Below are positions 19,780 to 31,426 of a stretch of 64,000 nucleotides of DNA, piece after piece (the stretch's first letter is position 1; the number at the start of each line of letters is the position of its first letter). The stretch is taken from assembly GCA_038225385.1 (NCBI GenBank), contig JBBRRC010000005.1, positions 18,743-82,742 of the forward strand. The letters run 5' to 3'. The DNA is from Sphingomonadales bacterium (GTDB taxonomy: Bacteria; Pseudomonadota; Alphaproteobacteria; Sphingomonadales; Sphingomonadaceae). The notes under the pieces are model-generated. The model was not told where the DNA came from, made no database searches, and worked only from the letters and a program-made list of their open reading frames with translations. A program made the translations under genes and the position numbers.

Positions 19780-21071
19780 AGGCGTTGCTCCTCGCCGGCG
19801 CGGCACTCCTCGCCACCCCCGCGCTTGCCGAAACGATCGCCATCACCGGCGGCACGGTCGCGATCGGCGATGGCTCTGCTCCGGCCCCCGGCACCGTCGT
19901 CGTCCGCGATGGCCGGATCGTCGCGGCGGGCGCGGGCGTCGCCGTCCCGCCGGGCGCCCGCGTCATCGACGCCTCGGGCAAATGGGTTGCCGCTGGCATC
20001 GTCGCGGGCTTTACCCGGCTTGGCCTCGTCAACATCGATGCCGTCGACTCGACCAACGATGCTCAGCCGCATTCGTCGCCGTTCAATGCCTCGCTCGACG
20101 TGGCGGACGCGATCAACCCTCAGGTGCCGGCGATGGCGATCAGCCGCGCGCGCGGCGTCACCCGGGCGATCGTCGCACCCGGCACCGCGAACAGCATGTT
20201 CGCCGGACAGGGGGCGGTGATCGACACCGCCGTCCACGCCGATGCCATGACCCGCTCGCACGCCTTTCAGTTCGTCGAGTTCGGCGAAGCGGGCTCACGC
20301 CTCGCGGGCGGCAGCCGCCCCGCCGCCTTCGCCATGTTCCGCAACGCCCTGGCGGAGGCGCGCGACTACGCGCGCAACCCGGCGACCTATGACGGACGGT
20401 CGAAGGAATCGATGCTTCAGCGGCGCGATGCCGAGGCGTTGCTGCCGGTCATCGACGGCCGTGAGCCGCTGATGATCCACGTCGAATCGGGTCCCGATAT
20501 CCTGCGCATGCTGGCGCTGAAGACCGAGTTTTCCCGGCTGCGCATCATCCTTGTCGGTGCCTCCGAAGGGTGGACGGTCGCGCCCCAGATTGCCGCCGCG
20601 GGCGTGCCGGTGATCGCGTCGGCGCTCAACGATCTGCCTGACCAGTTCGAATCGATCGCGTCGACCCAATCGAATATCGGCCGGATGAAGGCGGCGGGCG
20701 TCCAGGTCTCGATCGGCATGATCGATGACAATGACGCGCGCCAGGCCGGACTGACGACCCAGCTTGCCGGCAATCTCGTAGGGGTCGGGCGGTTGCCCGG
20801 CGCGACCGGCCTCGACTGGGCATCGGCCTTTGCCGCGATCACCTCGAAACCGGCCGAGGCGCTGGGCATGGGGGGAGAGATCGGCTCGCTGCGTCCCGGG
20901 CGGCGTGCCGATGTCGTGATCTGGTCGGGCGACCCGCTGGAATTGTCGAGCGCGCCCGAGAAAGTGTGGATCGACGGCATCGACCAGAGCCTCGTCACCC
21001 GGCAGACTCGCCTGCGCGATCGGTATATGAAGCCCGAGGAGGGCAATCTGCCCAAGGCTTACGACCATTAG
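19776..21071 (+). CDS. Amidohydrolase-fold protein lacking the HxH metal motif
   Basis: Same N- and C-terminal beta-sandwich motifs (IDASGKWV, GSLRPGRRADVVIW) but GFTRLG in place of DIHSH. Confidence 0.8.
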   Translation: MKALLLAGAALLATPALAETIAITGGTVAIGDGSAPAPGTVVVRDGRIVAAGAGVAVPPGARVIDASGKWVAAGIVAGFTRLGLVNIDAVDSTNDAQPHSSPFNASLDVADAINPQVPAMAISRARGVTRAIVAPGTANSMFAGQGAVIDTAVHADAMTRSHAFQFVEFGEAGSRLAGGSRPAAFAMFRNALAEARDYARNPATYDGRSKESMLQRRDAEALLPVIDGREPLMIHVESGPDILRMLALKTEFSRLRIILVGASEGWTVAPQIAAAGVPVIASALNDLPDQFESIASTQSNIGRMKAAGVQVSIGMIDDNDARQAGLTTQLAGNLVGVGRLPGATGLDWASAFAAITSKPAEALGMGGEIGSLRPGRRADVVIWSGDPLELSSAPEKVWIDGIDQSLVTRQTRLRDRYMKPEEGNLPKAYDH

Positions 21072-21098
21072 CAATTGTCACTCATGTAGGGGCATTCG

Positions 21099-21791
21099 AT
21101 GACCGGTCTGGCACTTGCGCTCCTCGCGTTCGTCGGCACCCATTTCCTCATGTCGCACCCGCTGCGCGCGCCGATGGTCGCGCGGCTCGGCGCGGGCGGG
21201 TTCATGGCGGTCTATGTACTGGTCTCGTTCGCCACGCTCGGCTGGGCGGCATCGGCGTTCAGGCAGGCCCCGCTCGGTGAGCCGCTGTGGATCGCCGGCG
21301 GTGCGCTGTGGGTACCGGCGACACTGCTGATGCTGCTCGGCAGCATCCTGTTTGCCGGGTCGCTGGCCGGCAACCCCGCGCTGCCCGATCCGCGCGGTGC
21401 ACAGCTTGCCATGGGCGAACCGCACGGCGTCCTTGCGATCACCCGCCATCCGATGATGTGGGGCTTTACGGCCTGGGCGGTAACCCACGCCCTCGTTTCG
21501 CCGCGACCGCCGGTGCTCCTGCTGACGACGGCCATCGCGGTCCTCGCCCTCGGCGGCGCGGCGGGGCAGGACGCCAAAAAGCGCGTGCTGATGGGCAACG
21601 CCTGGACGCACTGGGTGTCACGCACGGCGTTCGTGCCCTTTGCCGGACAGCTCGGCGGGCGGATCGGCTGGGCCGCCGCATGGCCGGGCTGGGTCGTCCT
21701 CATCGGCGGCACTGCGCTGTGGCTCGTCGCGACCTGGGCGCATCCGCTGGGCGGCGCGGGCGTCGCGGCGGGTATCTGGCGCTGGCTCTGA
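21099..21791 (+). CDS. NnrU-family membrane protein
   Basis: FVGTHF and ITRHPMMWG motifs, multiple TM helices. Confidence 0.8.
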   Translation: MTGLALALLAFVGTHFLMSHPLRAPMVARLGAGGFMAVYVLVSFATLGWAASAFRQAPLGEPLWIAGGALWVPATLLMLLGSILFAGSLAGNPALPDPRGAQLAMGEPHGVLAITRHPMMWGFTAWAVTHALVSPRPPVLLLTTAIAVLALGGAAGQDAKKRVLMGNAWTHWVSRTAFVPFAGQLGGRIGWAAAWPGWVVLIGGTALWLVATWAHPLGGAGVAAGIWRWL

Positions 21792-21792
21792 C

Positions 21793-22803
21793 CTAGAGCC
21801 GCACCATCCGCATGCCGCGCTCGGCATAGCGCGGGCCCGCCGTCCCGCCGCGTGGTACGGCAGCATCGAGCGCGGCAAGGTCGGCGCCGCTCAGTACCAG
21901 GTCGACGGCCCCGACGCTGTCCGCCATCGTGGCGCGCCGTTTGGTGCCGGGGATCGGCACGACGTCGTCGCCCTGGGCCAGCAGCCAGGCGAGTGCCACC
22001 TGCGCCTTCGACACGCCGCGCCGGTCGGCAACGACCCCGATCGCATCGACGATCTTCAGATTGCCGGGGAGGTTTTCGGCGGAATAGCGGGGGTCCTGTC
22101 GCCGCCAGTCATTGGCCGGGAGGTCGTCGATGCTGGTTATCCCGCCCGCCAGGAACCCGCGACCCAGCGGCGAATAGGGGATGAACCCGATGCCCAGCTC
22201 GCGGCAGGTTGCGAGCACATCGTCCTCGACATCGCGTTCCCACAATGAATATTCGGATTGCAGCGCCGTGATCGGATGGACCATCGCCGCCCGCCGGATC
22301 GTCGCCGGTGCCGCTTCCGACAGCGCGATGTGGCGGACCTTGCCCTCCTTCACCAGCTCGGCCATCCCGCCGACGGTCTCCTCGATCGGCACATTGGGAT
22401 CGACCCGGTGCTGATAGAACAGGTCGATGGTATCGATGCCGAGCGGCTTCAGCGATCCTTCGCATGACAGTCGGGCATTGTCGGGGGTGCCGTCGACGCC
22501 GGTGATCTGCGTGCCTTCGAATTTGAAACCGAACTTGGTGGCGATGACCAGCTCATCGCGCTTGCCCTTGCCCAGACTCGCCAGCGCCCGTCCGACCAGT
22601 TCCTCGTTGGTGAACGGGCCGTAGATCTGCGCGGTATCGAAAAACGTCACGCCCATTTCGATCGCGCGGTGGATGGTGGCGATCGATTCGTCGCCCGACG
22701 CCGCCTCGCCGTAGAGGATGTTCCCGCCGCCGCCGATCATCGGCATGCAGCCGATGCCGATCGCGGATACCTTCAGCCCCTGGCCCAGCGTGCGATATTT
22801 CAT
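21793..22803 (-). CDS. Aldo/keto reductase
   Basis: IGIGCM, FFDTAQIYG, DLFYQHRVD and PYSPLGRG motifs; real start is MKYRTLG at 22803. Confidence 0.92.
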   Translation of the reverse strand: MKYRTLGQGLKVSAIGIGCMPMIGGGGNILYGEAASGDESIATIHRAIEMGVTFFDTAQIYGPFTNEELVGRALASLGKGKRDELVIATKFGFKFEGTQITGVDGTPDNARLSCEGSLKPLGIDTIDLFYQHRVDPNVPIEETVGGMAELVKEGKVRHIALSEAAPATIRRAAMVHPITALQSEYSLWERDVEDDVLATCRELGIGFIPYSPLGRGFLAGGITSIDDLPANDWRRQDPRYSAENLPGNLKIVDAIGVVADRRGVSKAQVALAWLLAQGDDVVPIPGTKRRATMADSVGAVDLVLSGADLAALDAAVPRGGTAGPRYAERGMRMVRL

Positions 22804-24035
22804 GGTCTGCCTCTCCCTGATCCTGCGTTCACTGCGGTCGTCAACGCGACATCCATCTGAGCGTTGCCGAGCGTTCGAAAAATATCGGGGAGCGTCTCGA
22901 CCGCGATCAGCAGCGCGAGCGGCTCGACCGGGATGCCGATCGCCAGGCAGATGGGGGCGATCGACGTCACGAAGCTGACCTGCCCGGGCAGGCTGACGGC
23001 ACCCATCGACGTGAGGACGGCGGCAACGATGGCAACCGCCCACTGCGCCGGCCCCATCGCGACGTGAAACCAGTTGGCCACGTACAGGGCGACGGCCAGG
23101 TTCATCGCGGGTCCGGTCACGCGCAGCAGCGCCACCGCCATCGGCAGCACCAGCCCGGCGGTCGCCTCGGGCACGCCCAGCGCCTCCGACCGCTTGAGCA
23201 TCAGCGGCAGGCAGGCAAGCGACGACTGGGTGCTGATGGCCAGTGCCTGGACCGGCGCGACCTCGCGGACGAAACGCATGAACGGCACGCGGCCCGCGAC
23301 GACCGCGACCGGATAGGCGCAAAGGCCGACGACGAGCCCGACGCTCGCCACGATGATCACGTAATGGAGCAGCGCGCCGAACGCCGCCGCCCCCGACCGT
23401 GCCCCGACGACGAAGGCCAGCGCGAACACCCCGATCGGCGCAAGTTTCAGGACCCATTCGATGACGATGACCATCGCATCGGCGAGGGCGGCAAAAAAAC
23501 CGGTCAGGGTCTTTCGCGGCTCCGGTGGCAGGCGGGTCAGCGCGAACGCGAAAACGCCGGTAAAGATGATCAGCGGCAGGATGGCATCGCTTGCCGCTGC
23601 GGCGACCGGATTGGTGGGGACGATCGCGCGCAGAAAGTCGCCGAAGGGCGGGACGGCTGCGACCTTGGGCACGGTCGTCAGCGCTGCTCTCAGCGCGTCG
23701 GCGGACGCGACAGGCATCGGCCAGATGGCGAGGAAAATCGGGGTCAGCACGGCTCCCATTACGGCCGAAAAGCTCATCAGCGCGATGATCCAGGTCAGCG
23801 TCCGTGCGGCCATCCGTCCCGCCCGCGCTGCCTCTGCGGTCTGGGCAATGCCGGTGATCAGCAACGCCACGACCAGCGGGACGATCGTCATGCGCAGCCC
23901 GTTGAGCCACAGCGCACCGATCGGGTCGGCAACGTCGGCGATCGACCGGGCAGGGGCGGGGGCATAGGCCTGCGCCACGATGCCGAGGACCAGCCCGGCA
24001 AAAAGGGCGAGCAGGATGCGGGTCGCGTTGGACAT
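22800..24035 (-). CDS. Dicarboxylate/amino acid:cation symporter (DAACS)
   Basis: LRMTIVPLV, STQSSLACLP and IAVETLPDIFRT motifs. Confidence 0.88.
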   Translation of the reverse strand: MSNATRILLALFAGLVLGIVAQAYAPAPARSIADVADPIGALWLNGLRMTIVPLVVALLITGIAQTAEAARAGRMAARTLTWIIALMSFSAVMGAVLTPIFLAIWPMPVASADALRAALTTVPKVAAVPPFGDFLRAIVPTNPVAAAASDAILPLIIFTGVFAFALTRLPPEPRKTLTGFFAALADAMVIVIEWVLKLAPIGVFALAFVVGARSGAAAFGALLHYVIIVASVGLVVGLCAYPVAVVAGRVPFMRFVREVAPVQALAISTQSSLACLPLMLKRSEALGVPEATAGLVLPMAVALLRVTGPAMNLAVALYVANWFHVAMGPAQWAVAIVAAVLTSMGAVSLPGQVSFVTSIAPICLAIGIPVEPLALLIAVETLPDIFRTLGNAQMDVALTTAVNAGSGRGRP

Positions 24036-24150
24036 TGCTTCTCTCTTGCCTTCTCCGTCATTCGCGCGAAAGCGGGAATCCGGCTTTTCTTCATGCCCCG
24101 CACGAAGAATATGGCTCCCCGCGTTCGCCGGGTGATGGAGACCACGACGC

Positions 24151-25488
24151 ATGACACGCAAGTTTTTCGGCACCGATGGCATTCGCGGCCTGACCAATGC
24201 GCCCCCGATGACGGCCGAGATCGCGATGAAGGTTGGCATGGCGGCGGGCACCTACTTCCTGCGCGGCGGCCACCGTCACCGGGTCGTCATTGGCAAGGAC
24301 ACGCGCCTGTCGGGTTACATGGTCGAAAATGCGCTCGTTGCCGGTTTCACCAGCGTCGGCATGGACGTCGTGCAGTTCGGCCCGATCCCGACACCGGCGG
24401 TTGCGATGCTGACCCAGACGATGCGCGCGGACCTTGGCGTCATGATTTCGGCGAGTCACAACCCCTATCAGGACAATGGTATCAAATTGTTCGGCCCCGA
24501 TGGCTACAAACTGTCCGACGAGGCCGAGGCCGAGATCGAGGCGTTGCTGACCGTGGAACCAGCGCTCGCCGCCGCGCCCGATATCGGGCGAGCCCGCCGC
24601 ATCGAGGATGCACGGGGCCGTTACATCCACTTCGCAAAATCGACGTTTCCGGCGCATCTGCGGCTCGACGGGCTGAAGGTCGCGATCGACTGCGCCAATG
24701 GTGCCGCTTATCAGGTGGCCCCTGCCGCCCTGTGGGAACTGGGGGCAGAGATCGTGCCGCTGGGCGTCTCGCCCGATGGCAAGAACATCAATCAGGGATG
24801 CGGCTCGACCGCGCCCGCACTGTTGCAGGAAACCGTCGTCGCCAGTGGTGCCGACATCGGCATCGCGCTCGATGGCGACGCCGACCGCCTGATTGTCGTC
24901 GATGAGAACGGGACGGTCGTCGACGGTGATCAGCTGATGGCCCTGATCGCGATCAGCTGGGCGCACAGCGGTCGCCTGACCGGCGGCGGTCTTGTGGCGA
25001 CCGTCATGTCGAACCTGGGTCTCGAGCGCCGCCTGACCGACGAGGGCCTGACCCTGGCGCGGACCCGCGTCGGCGACCGTTATGTGCTTGAAGGGATGCG
25101 CAGCGGCGGTTTCAACGTCGGCGGCGAACAGTCGGGCCACATCATCCTGTCGGATCATGCGACGACGGGCGACGGCCTCATCGCCGCGCTGCAGATCCTT
25201 GCCGAACTGGTCGCGGGCGGACGCGCGGCCAGCGGCCTGCTCAACCAGTTCGACCCCGTGCCCCAGCTGCTGAAGAACGTTCGCTTTTCGGGTGGCAAGC
25301 CGCTCGACGATGCGCGCGTCAAATCCGCGATCGCCCAGGCCGAGGCCGAACTCGCCGGGCGTGGCCGCCTCGTCATCCGCCCCTCGGGCACCGAGCCGCT
25401 GATCCGGGTGATGGCGGAGGGCGACGACGCCGGTCAGGTCGAGCGGCTGGTCGACATGATCTGCGAAACGGTCAAAGACGCCGCGTGA
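24151..25488 (+). CDS. glmM: Phosphoglucosamine mutase
   Basis: [29 protein letters not shown] and IRPSGTEP motifs. Confidence 0.96.
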   Translation: MTRKFFGTDGIRGLTNAPPMTAEIAMKVGMAAGTYFLRGGHRHRVVIGKDTRLSGYMVENALVAGFTSVGMDVVQFGPIPTPAVAMLTQTMRADLGVMISASHNPYQDNGIKLFGPDGYKLSDEAEAEIEALLTVEPALAAAPDIGRARRIEDARGRYIHFAKSTFPAHLRLDGLKVAIDCANGAAYQVAPAALWELGAEIVPLGVSPDGKNINQGCGSTAPALLQETVVASGADIGIALDGDADRLIVVDENGTVVDGDQLMALIAISWAHSGRLTGGGLVATVMSNLGLERRLTDEGLTLARTRVGDRYVLEGMRSGGFNVGGEQSGHIILSDHATTGDGLIAALQILAELVAGGRAASGLLNQFDPVPQLLKNVRFSGGKPLDDARVKSAIAQAEAELAGRGRLVIRPSGTEPLIRVMAEGDDAGQVERLVDMICETVKDAA

Positions 25489-26594
25489 TTCCCCGCATCC
25501 TCATCATCGCCGGGTCCGACAGCGGTGGCGGTGCCGGTATCCAGGCGGACATCAGGACCGTCACGATGTTCGGCGGGCATGCAATGACGGCCATTACAGC
25601 GGTCACGGCGCAGAACACGCTTGGCGTGCAGGCCGTGCACCCGGTCCCGACCGATGTCGTGATCGCGCAGATCAGATCCTGCCTCGGCGACATCGGGGCC
25701 GACGCGGTCAAGATCGGCATGATCGGCTCTGCGGAGACGGCGGGGGCAGTGGCCGACTGTCTGACGGGCCGCGACCTCCCCATCGTCTTCGACCCCGTGA
25801 TGATCGCGACGAGCGGCGCGGCGCTCGCCGATGCGGCGACGATTGCAGCGTTCGGGCGGCTGATGGCGATTGCCACGGTGACGACGCCGAACCTGGCCGA
25901 ACTCGCGGTCCTCGGTGGCGAGGCGGCGGCGCTGGCCCACGCGCCCTCGCTCCTCGTCAAGGGAGGGCACGGCGACGGCAGCGTTCTGACCGATCGCCTG
26001 CTTGACCGTTCGGGTGAAGTCGCCCGCTGGTCGGACCCGCGCATCGAAACCCGTCACACCCACGGGACCGGGTGCACGCTCGCCACGGCGCTCGCGACGG
26101 GCCTGGCGGAGGGCATGACGCTGGCGGCGGCCATCGCCCGCGCGCGAACCTTCGTCCGGCTGGCGTTGCACGGTGCGCCGGGGCTGGGGCAGGGGCACGG
26201 CCCGATGGGCCACGCGTCCGTGCGGCTCGATGTCGGGCGCGGCGTGCGGCTCAATCAGGTTGCCGTCCGTCTGGACGACTATCCGTCGTCACGCGATTTC
26301 TATGCGCGGCTCGGGCTGACGCTGATTGTCGATGCGCCGCCTGATTATGCCCGGTTCGAGGCGGCGGGCGGTGCGACTTTTTCCATCCACCGCGGTGGCG
26401 GCGGCACCTATTTCGAATGCGACGACCTCGCGGCGACAGTCGTTCGGCTGAGGGCGGATGGCGTGGTCATCGACGCCGATCCCGTCGACCAGTCCTGGCT
26501 CTGGCGTGAGCTGTGGCTCTCCGACCCCGCCGGCAATGCGATCTGTCTCTATCAGGCCGGTGAGAACCGCAGGTATCCGCCATGGCGCGTCTGA
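25485..26594 (+). CDS. thiD: Hydroxymethylpyrimidine/phosphomethylpyrimidine kinase fused to a C-terminal VOC/glyoxalase domain
   Basis: [14 protein letters not shown] and [10 protein letters not shown] motifs, followed in frame by a VOC domain (LNQV...[19 protein letters not shown]). Confidence 0.88.
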   Translation: MIPRILIIAGSDSGGGAGIQADIRTVTMFGGHAMTAITAVTAQNTLGVQAVHPVPTDVVIAQIRSCLGDIGADAVKIGMIGSAETAGAVADCLTGRDLPIVFDPVMIATSGAALADAATIAAFGRLMAIATVTTPNLAELAVLGGEAAALAHAPSLLVKGGHGDGSVLTDRLLDRSGEVARWSDPRIETRHTHGTGCTLATALATGLAEGMTLAAAIARARTFVRLALHGAPGLGQGHGPMGHASVRLDVGRGVRLNQVAVRLDDYPSSRDFYARLGLTLIVDAPPDYARFEAAGGATFSIHRGGGGTYFECDDLAATVVRLRADGVVIDADPVDQSWLWRELWLSDPAGNAICLYQAGENRRYPPWRV

Positions 26595-27189
26595 GCCGCC
26601 CGTCACTGCATCACGAGCGCAGCCACCCGTCCCCCGTCGCGGGTGTCGATGAGGCCGGTCGCGGCCCGCTGGCCGGGCCGGTAGTTGCGGCGGCCGTCAT
26701 CCTGCCGGCACGCGGCGTCCCGCGCGGTATCGACGATTCGAAAAGGCTCTGCGCGGCCGAACGCGCCCGGCTCCACGACCGCCTGCGCGGCTGTGCCCAG
26801 GTCGGGGTGGGCATCGTCGAGGCGGGGGAGATCGACACGCTCAACATCCACTGGGCGACGATGAAAGCGATGACGCTCGCGGTTGCCGCACTCGACTGCG
26901 CGCCCGCGCACGTCCTCGTCGATGGCAACCGCCTGCCGCGCTGGGCGTGGTCGGCATCCGCGATCGTCGGTGGCGACACGGTCTGCCTGTCGATCGCCGC
27001 CGCCTCGATCATCGCCAAGCACGTCCGCGACCGGATCATGCTCGCCCATGCCGAGATCCACCCGCAATACGGCTGGACGACGAACAAGGGCTATGGTTGC
27101 CCGCAGCACCTCCGCGCCCTCGCCGAACATGGGCCCACCCCGCTTCACCGGCGCAGTTTCGCGCCTGTCGCAAAGTTTTTTGCCGAGCA

Positions 27190-29558
<2,369 letters not shown>

Positions 29559-29588
29559 CGACGGCGTTCTCCCCCCATGATTTACTGC

Positions 29589-29617
29589 TTGACAAATAAA
29601 ACCAGATAGGTTATATG
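29589..29617 (+). promoter_or_regulatory. Near-consensus sigma70 promoter
   Basis: TTGACA (29589-94), 17-nt spacer, TATATG (29612-17); the spacer region contains the inverted repeat AACC-N5-GGTT. Confidence 0.7.
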
Positions 29618-29624
29618 CGCCCAT

Positions 29625-30170
29625 CTGAGACCGGCTGTCCATGATCAAGGCAGCCGGGATCGGGCGCGGCCCGTCACACGGCGGCGCGTTGCGACCGGCG
29701 CGGAGCCATCCGGTTTGTCAAAGCCGATGCATCGCAGTCGGACTAGCTTGCTGATCCGCCGTTCGACACCCTCGGTGTCCCCCTCGGCCGTCCGCGTCAC
29801 CGCAGCGATGCGGTGATCAAGAGCCCGGACAACGGGCCATAAGCAGGCGTCACCGGCTCCCCCGCAAGAACGCTGCGGGACAGGTGTGGAGCGAATCCGT
29901 AACCGTCGGCGCCGCCACATATGCGCAGGCAGGTCAGCAGGCGATCAGGCACCCCTCCAACCAAGGCGTGCCCAGACTGGAACGACCCTCAAAGTCGTCC
30001 CGCCCCGGATGCCCGTGGCAAGGACGCGCCGGTCGCACATCGTCCCCTGGGGAATCGGATATACCCGCGCGGCCACAGATGTTGGAAATGCGCCGCCCCG
30101 CTCTTAACTCTTGCCCACGGCGCGTGATTGGAGGACAGCACGTCCAACCACATGCACTTCAGGACAGGTC
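29625..30170 (+). ncRNA. Candidate structured ncRNA or long leader (unclassified)
   Basis: No convincing ORF; chain of perfect hairpins downstream of the promoter (see finding). Confidence 0.35.
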
Positions 30171-30171
30171 T

Positions 30172-31389
30172 ATGGCCACGCTTCTCGCTCCCGCTCCCCT
30201 GAGCGCTCCCGCCCCGAAATGGGCATCGTTCGACTGGACGGACCCGCTGCTGCTCGATGCCGAGCTGACCGATGAAGAACGGATGGTGCGCGACACCGCC
30301 CGCGCCTTCGCCGATGCCGAGCTTGCGCCGATCGTGCGCGAATCGAACCGCCACGAAACCTTCGACCGCTCGCTGATGACGAAGTTCGGGGAGGCCGGGC
30401 TACTGGGCCCGACGATCAAGGGCTATGGCTGTCCCGGTGTCTCCTATGTCGCCTACGGCCTGATCGCGCGTGAGGTTGAGCGGGTCGACAGCGCCTATCG
30501 CTCGGCAATGTCGGTGCAATCCAGCCTCGTCATGTATCCCATCCACGCTTACGGCGACGAGGCGCAGCGTGCGGCCTATCTGCCGAAACTCGCGACCGGT
30601 GAATGGATCGGCGCGTTCGGGCTGACGGAGCCTGACGCGGGGTCAGACCCGGGCGGCATGAAGACGCGCGCGCGCACCGTGCCCGGCGGCTATGTTCTGT
30701 CGGGTGCGAAGATGTGGATCACCAACTCGCCGATTGCCGACGTCTTCGTCGTCTGGGCGAAATGCGACGACGGCCAGATTCGCGGTTTCATCCTGGAGCG
30801 CGGGGATAAGGGGCTCTCGACGCCGAAGATCGAGGGCAAGTTCTCGCTGCGCGCCTGGGTGACGGGCGAAATCGTGATGGACGACGTCCACATCCCGGCC
30901 GACCGCCTGCTTGCCGGGGTCGCCGGGCTGAAGGGGCCGTTCGGCTGCCTCAACAATGCGCGTTACGGCATCGCCTGGGGCGTGATGGGGGCGGCTGAAT
31001 TCTGCTGGCACGCCGCGCGTCAATATACGCTCGACCGCAAGCAGTTCGGGCGGCCGCTGGCGGCGACCCAGCTTATCCAGAAAAAGCTCGCCGACATGCA
31101 GACCGAAATCACGCTCGGGCTGTGCGCGACGCTCCGCGCGGGACGGCTGATGGACGATCACCGGCTGGCACCCGAGGCGATCAGCCTGATCAAGCGCAAC
31201 AATTGCGGCAAGGCGCTCGATATCGCGCGCGTTGCCCGCGACATGCATGGCGGCAACGGGATCAGCGACGAATACGGCGTCATCCGCCACGTCATGAACC
31301 TCGAAGCGGTGAACACCTATGAGGGGACGCACGACGTCCACGCTCTCATCCTCGGGCGCGCGCAGACCGGCATTCAGGCGTTCAGTTGA
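30172..31389 (+). CDS. gcdH: Glutaryl-CoA dehydrogenase
   Basis: [33 protein letters not shown] and [10 protein letters not shown] motifs; the upstream extension in the ORF track is considered spurious. Confidence 0.9.
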   Translation: MATLLAPAPLSAPAPKWASFDWTDPLLLDAELTDEERMVRDTARAFADAELAPIVRESNRHETFDRSLMTKFGEAGLLGPTIKGYGCPGVSYVAYGLIAREVERVDSAYRSAMSVQSSLVMYPIHAYGDEAQRAAYLPKLATGEWIGAFGLTEPDAGSDPGGMKTRARTVPGGYVLSGAKMWITNSPIADVFVVWAKCDDGQIRGFILERGDKGLSTPKIEGKFSLRAWVTGEIVMDDVHIPADRLLAGVAGLKGPFGCLNNARYGIAWGVMGAAEFCWHAARQYTLDRKQFGRPLAATQLIQKKLADMQTEITLGLCATLRAGRLMDDHRLAPEAISLIKRNNCGKALDIARVARDMHGGNGISDEYGVIRHVMNLEAVNTYEGTHDVHALILGRAQTGIQAFS

Positions 31390-31410
31390 CGGCTGGCAGC
31401 TGACCGGCTG

Positions 31411-31426
31411 GCAGCGGACCCGCTGC
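31411..31426. terminator. Small GC hairpin between convergent gcdH and TBDR genes
   Basis: GCAGCG-GACC-CGCTGC; no clear U-tract. Confidence 0.35.

Noticed and set aside
21793-23910. 705-aa ORF as a single large protein
   Set aside because: Its N-terminal part is an alternative-frame read of the DAACS transporter; the real aldo/keto reductase starts at 22803.
29620-30170. Assignment of the hairpin region to tmRNA, RNase P RNA, 6S, CsrB-like RNA or lysine riboswitch
   Set aside because: Diagnostic conserved motifs were not found by eye; GGA-in-loop pattern is not consistent across hairpins.
29884-30171. 96-aa N-terminal extension of gcdH in the ORF track
   Set aside because: Composition is not protein-like; the GcdH-like sequence begins at ATG 30172 behind a CAGGA SD-like sequence.
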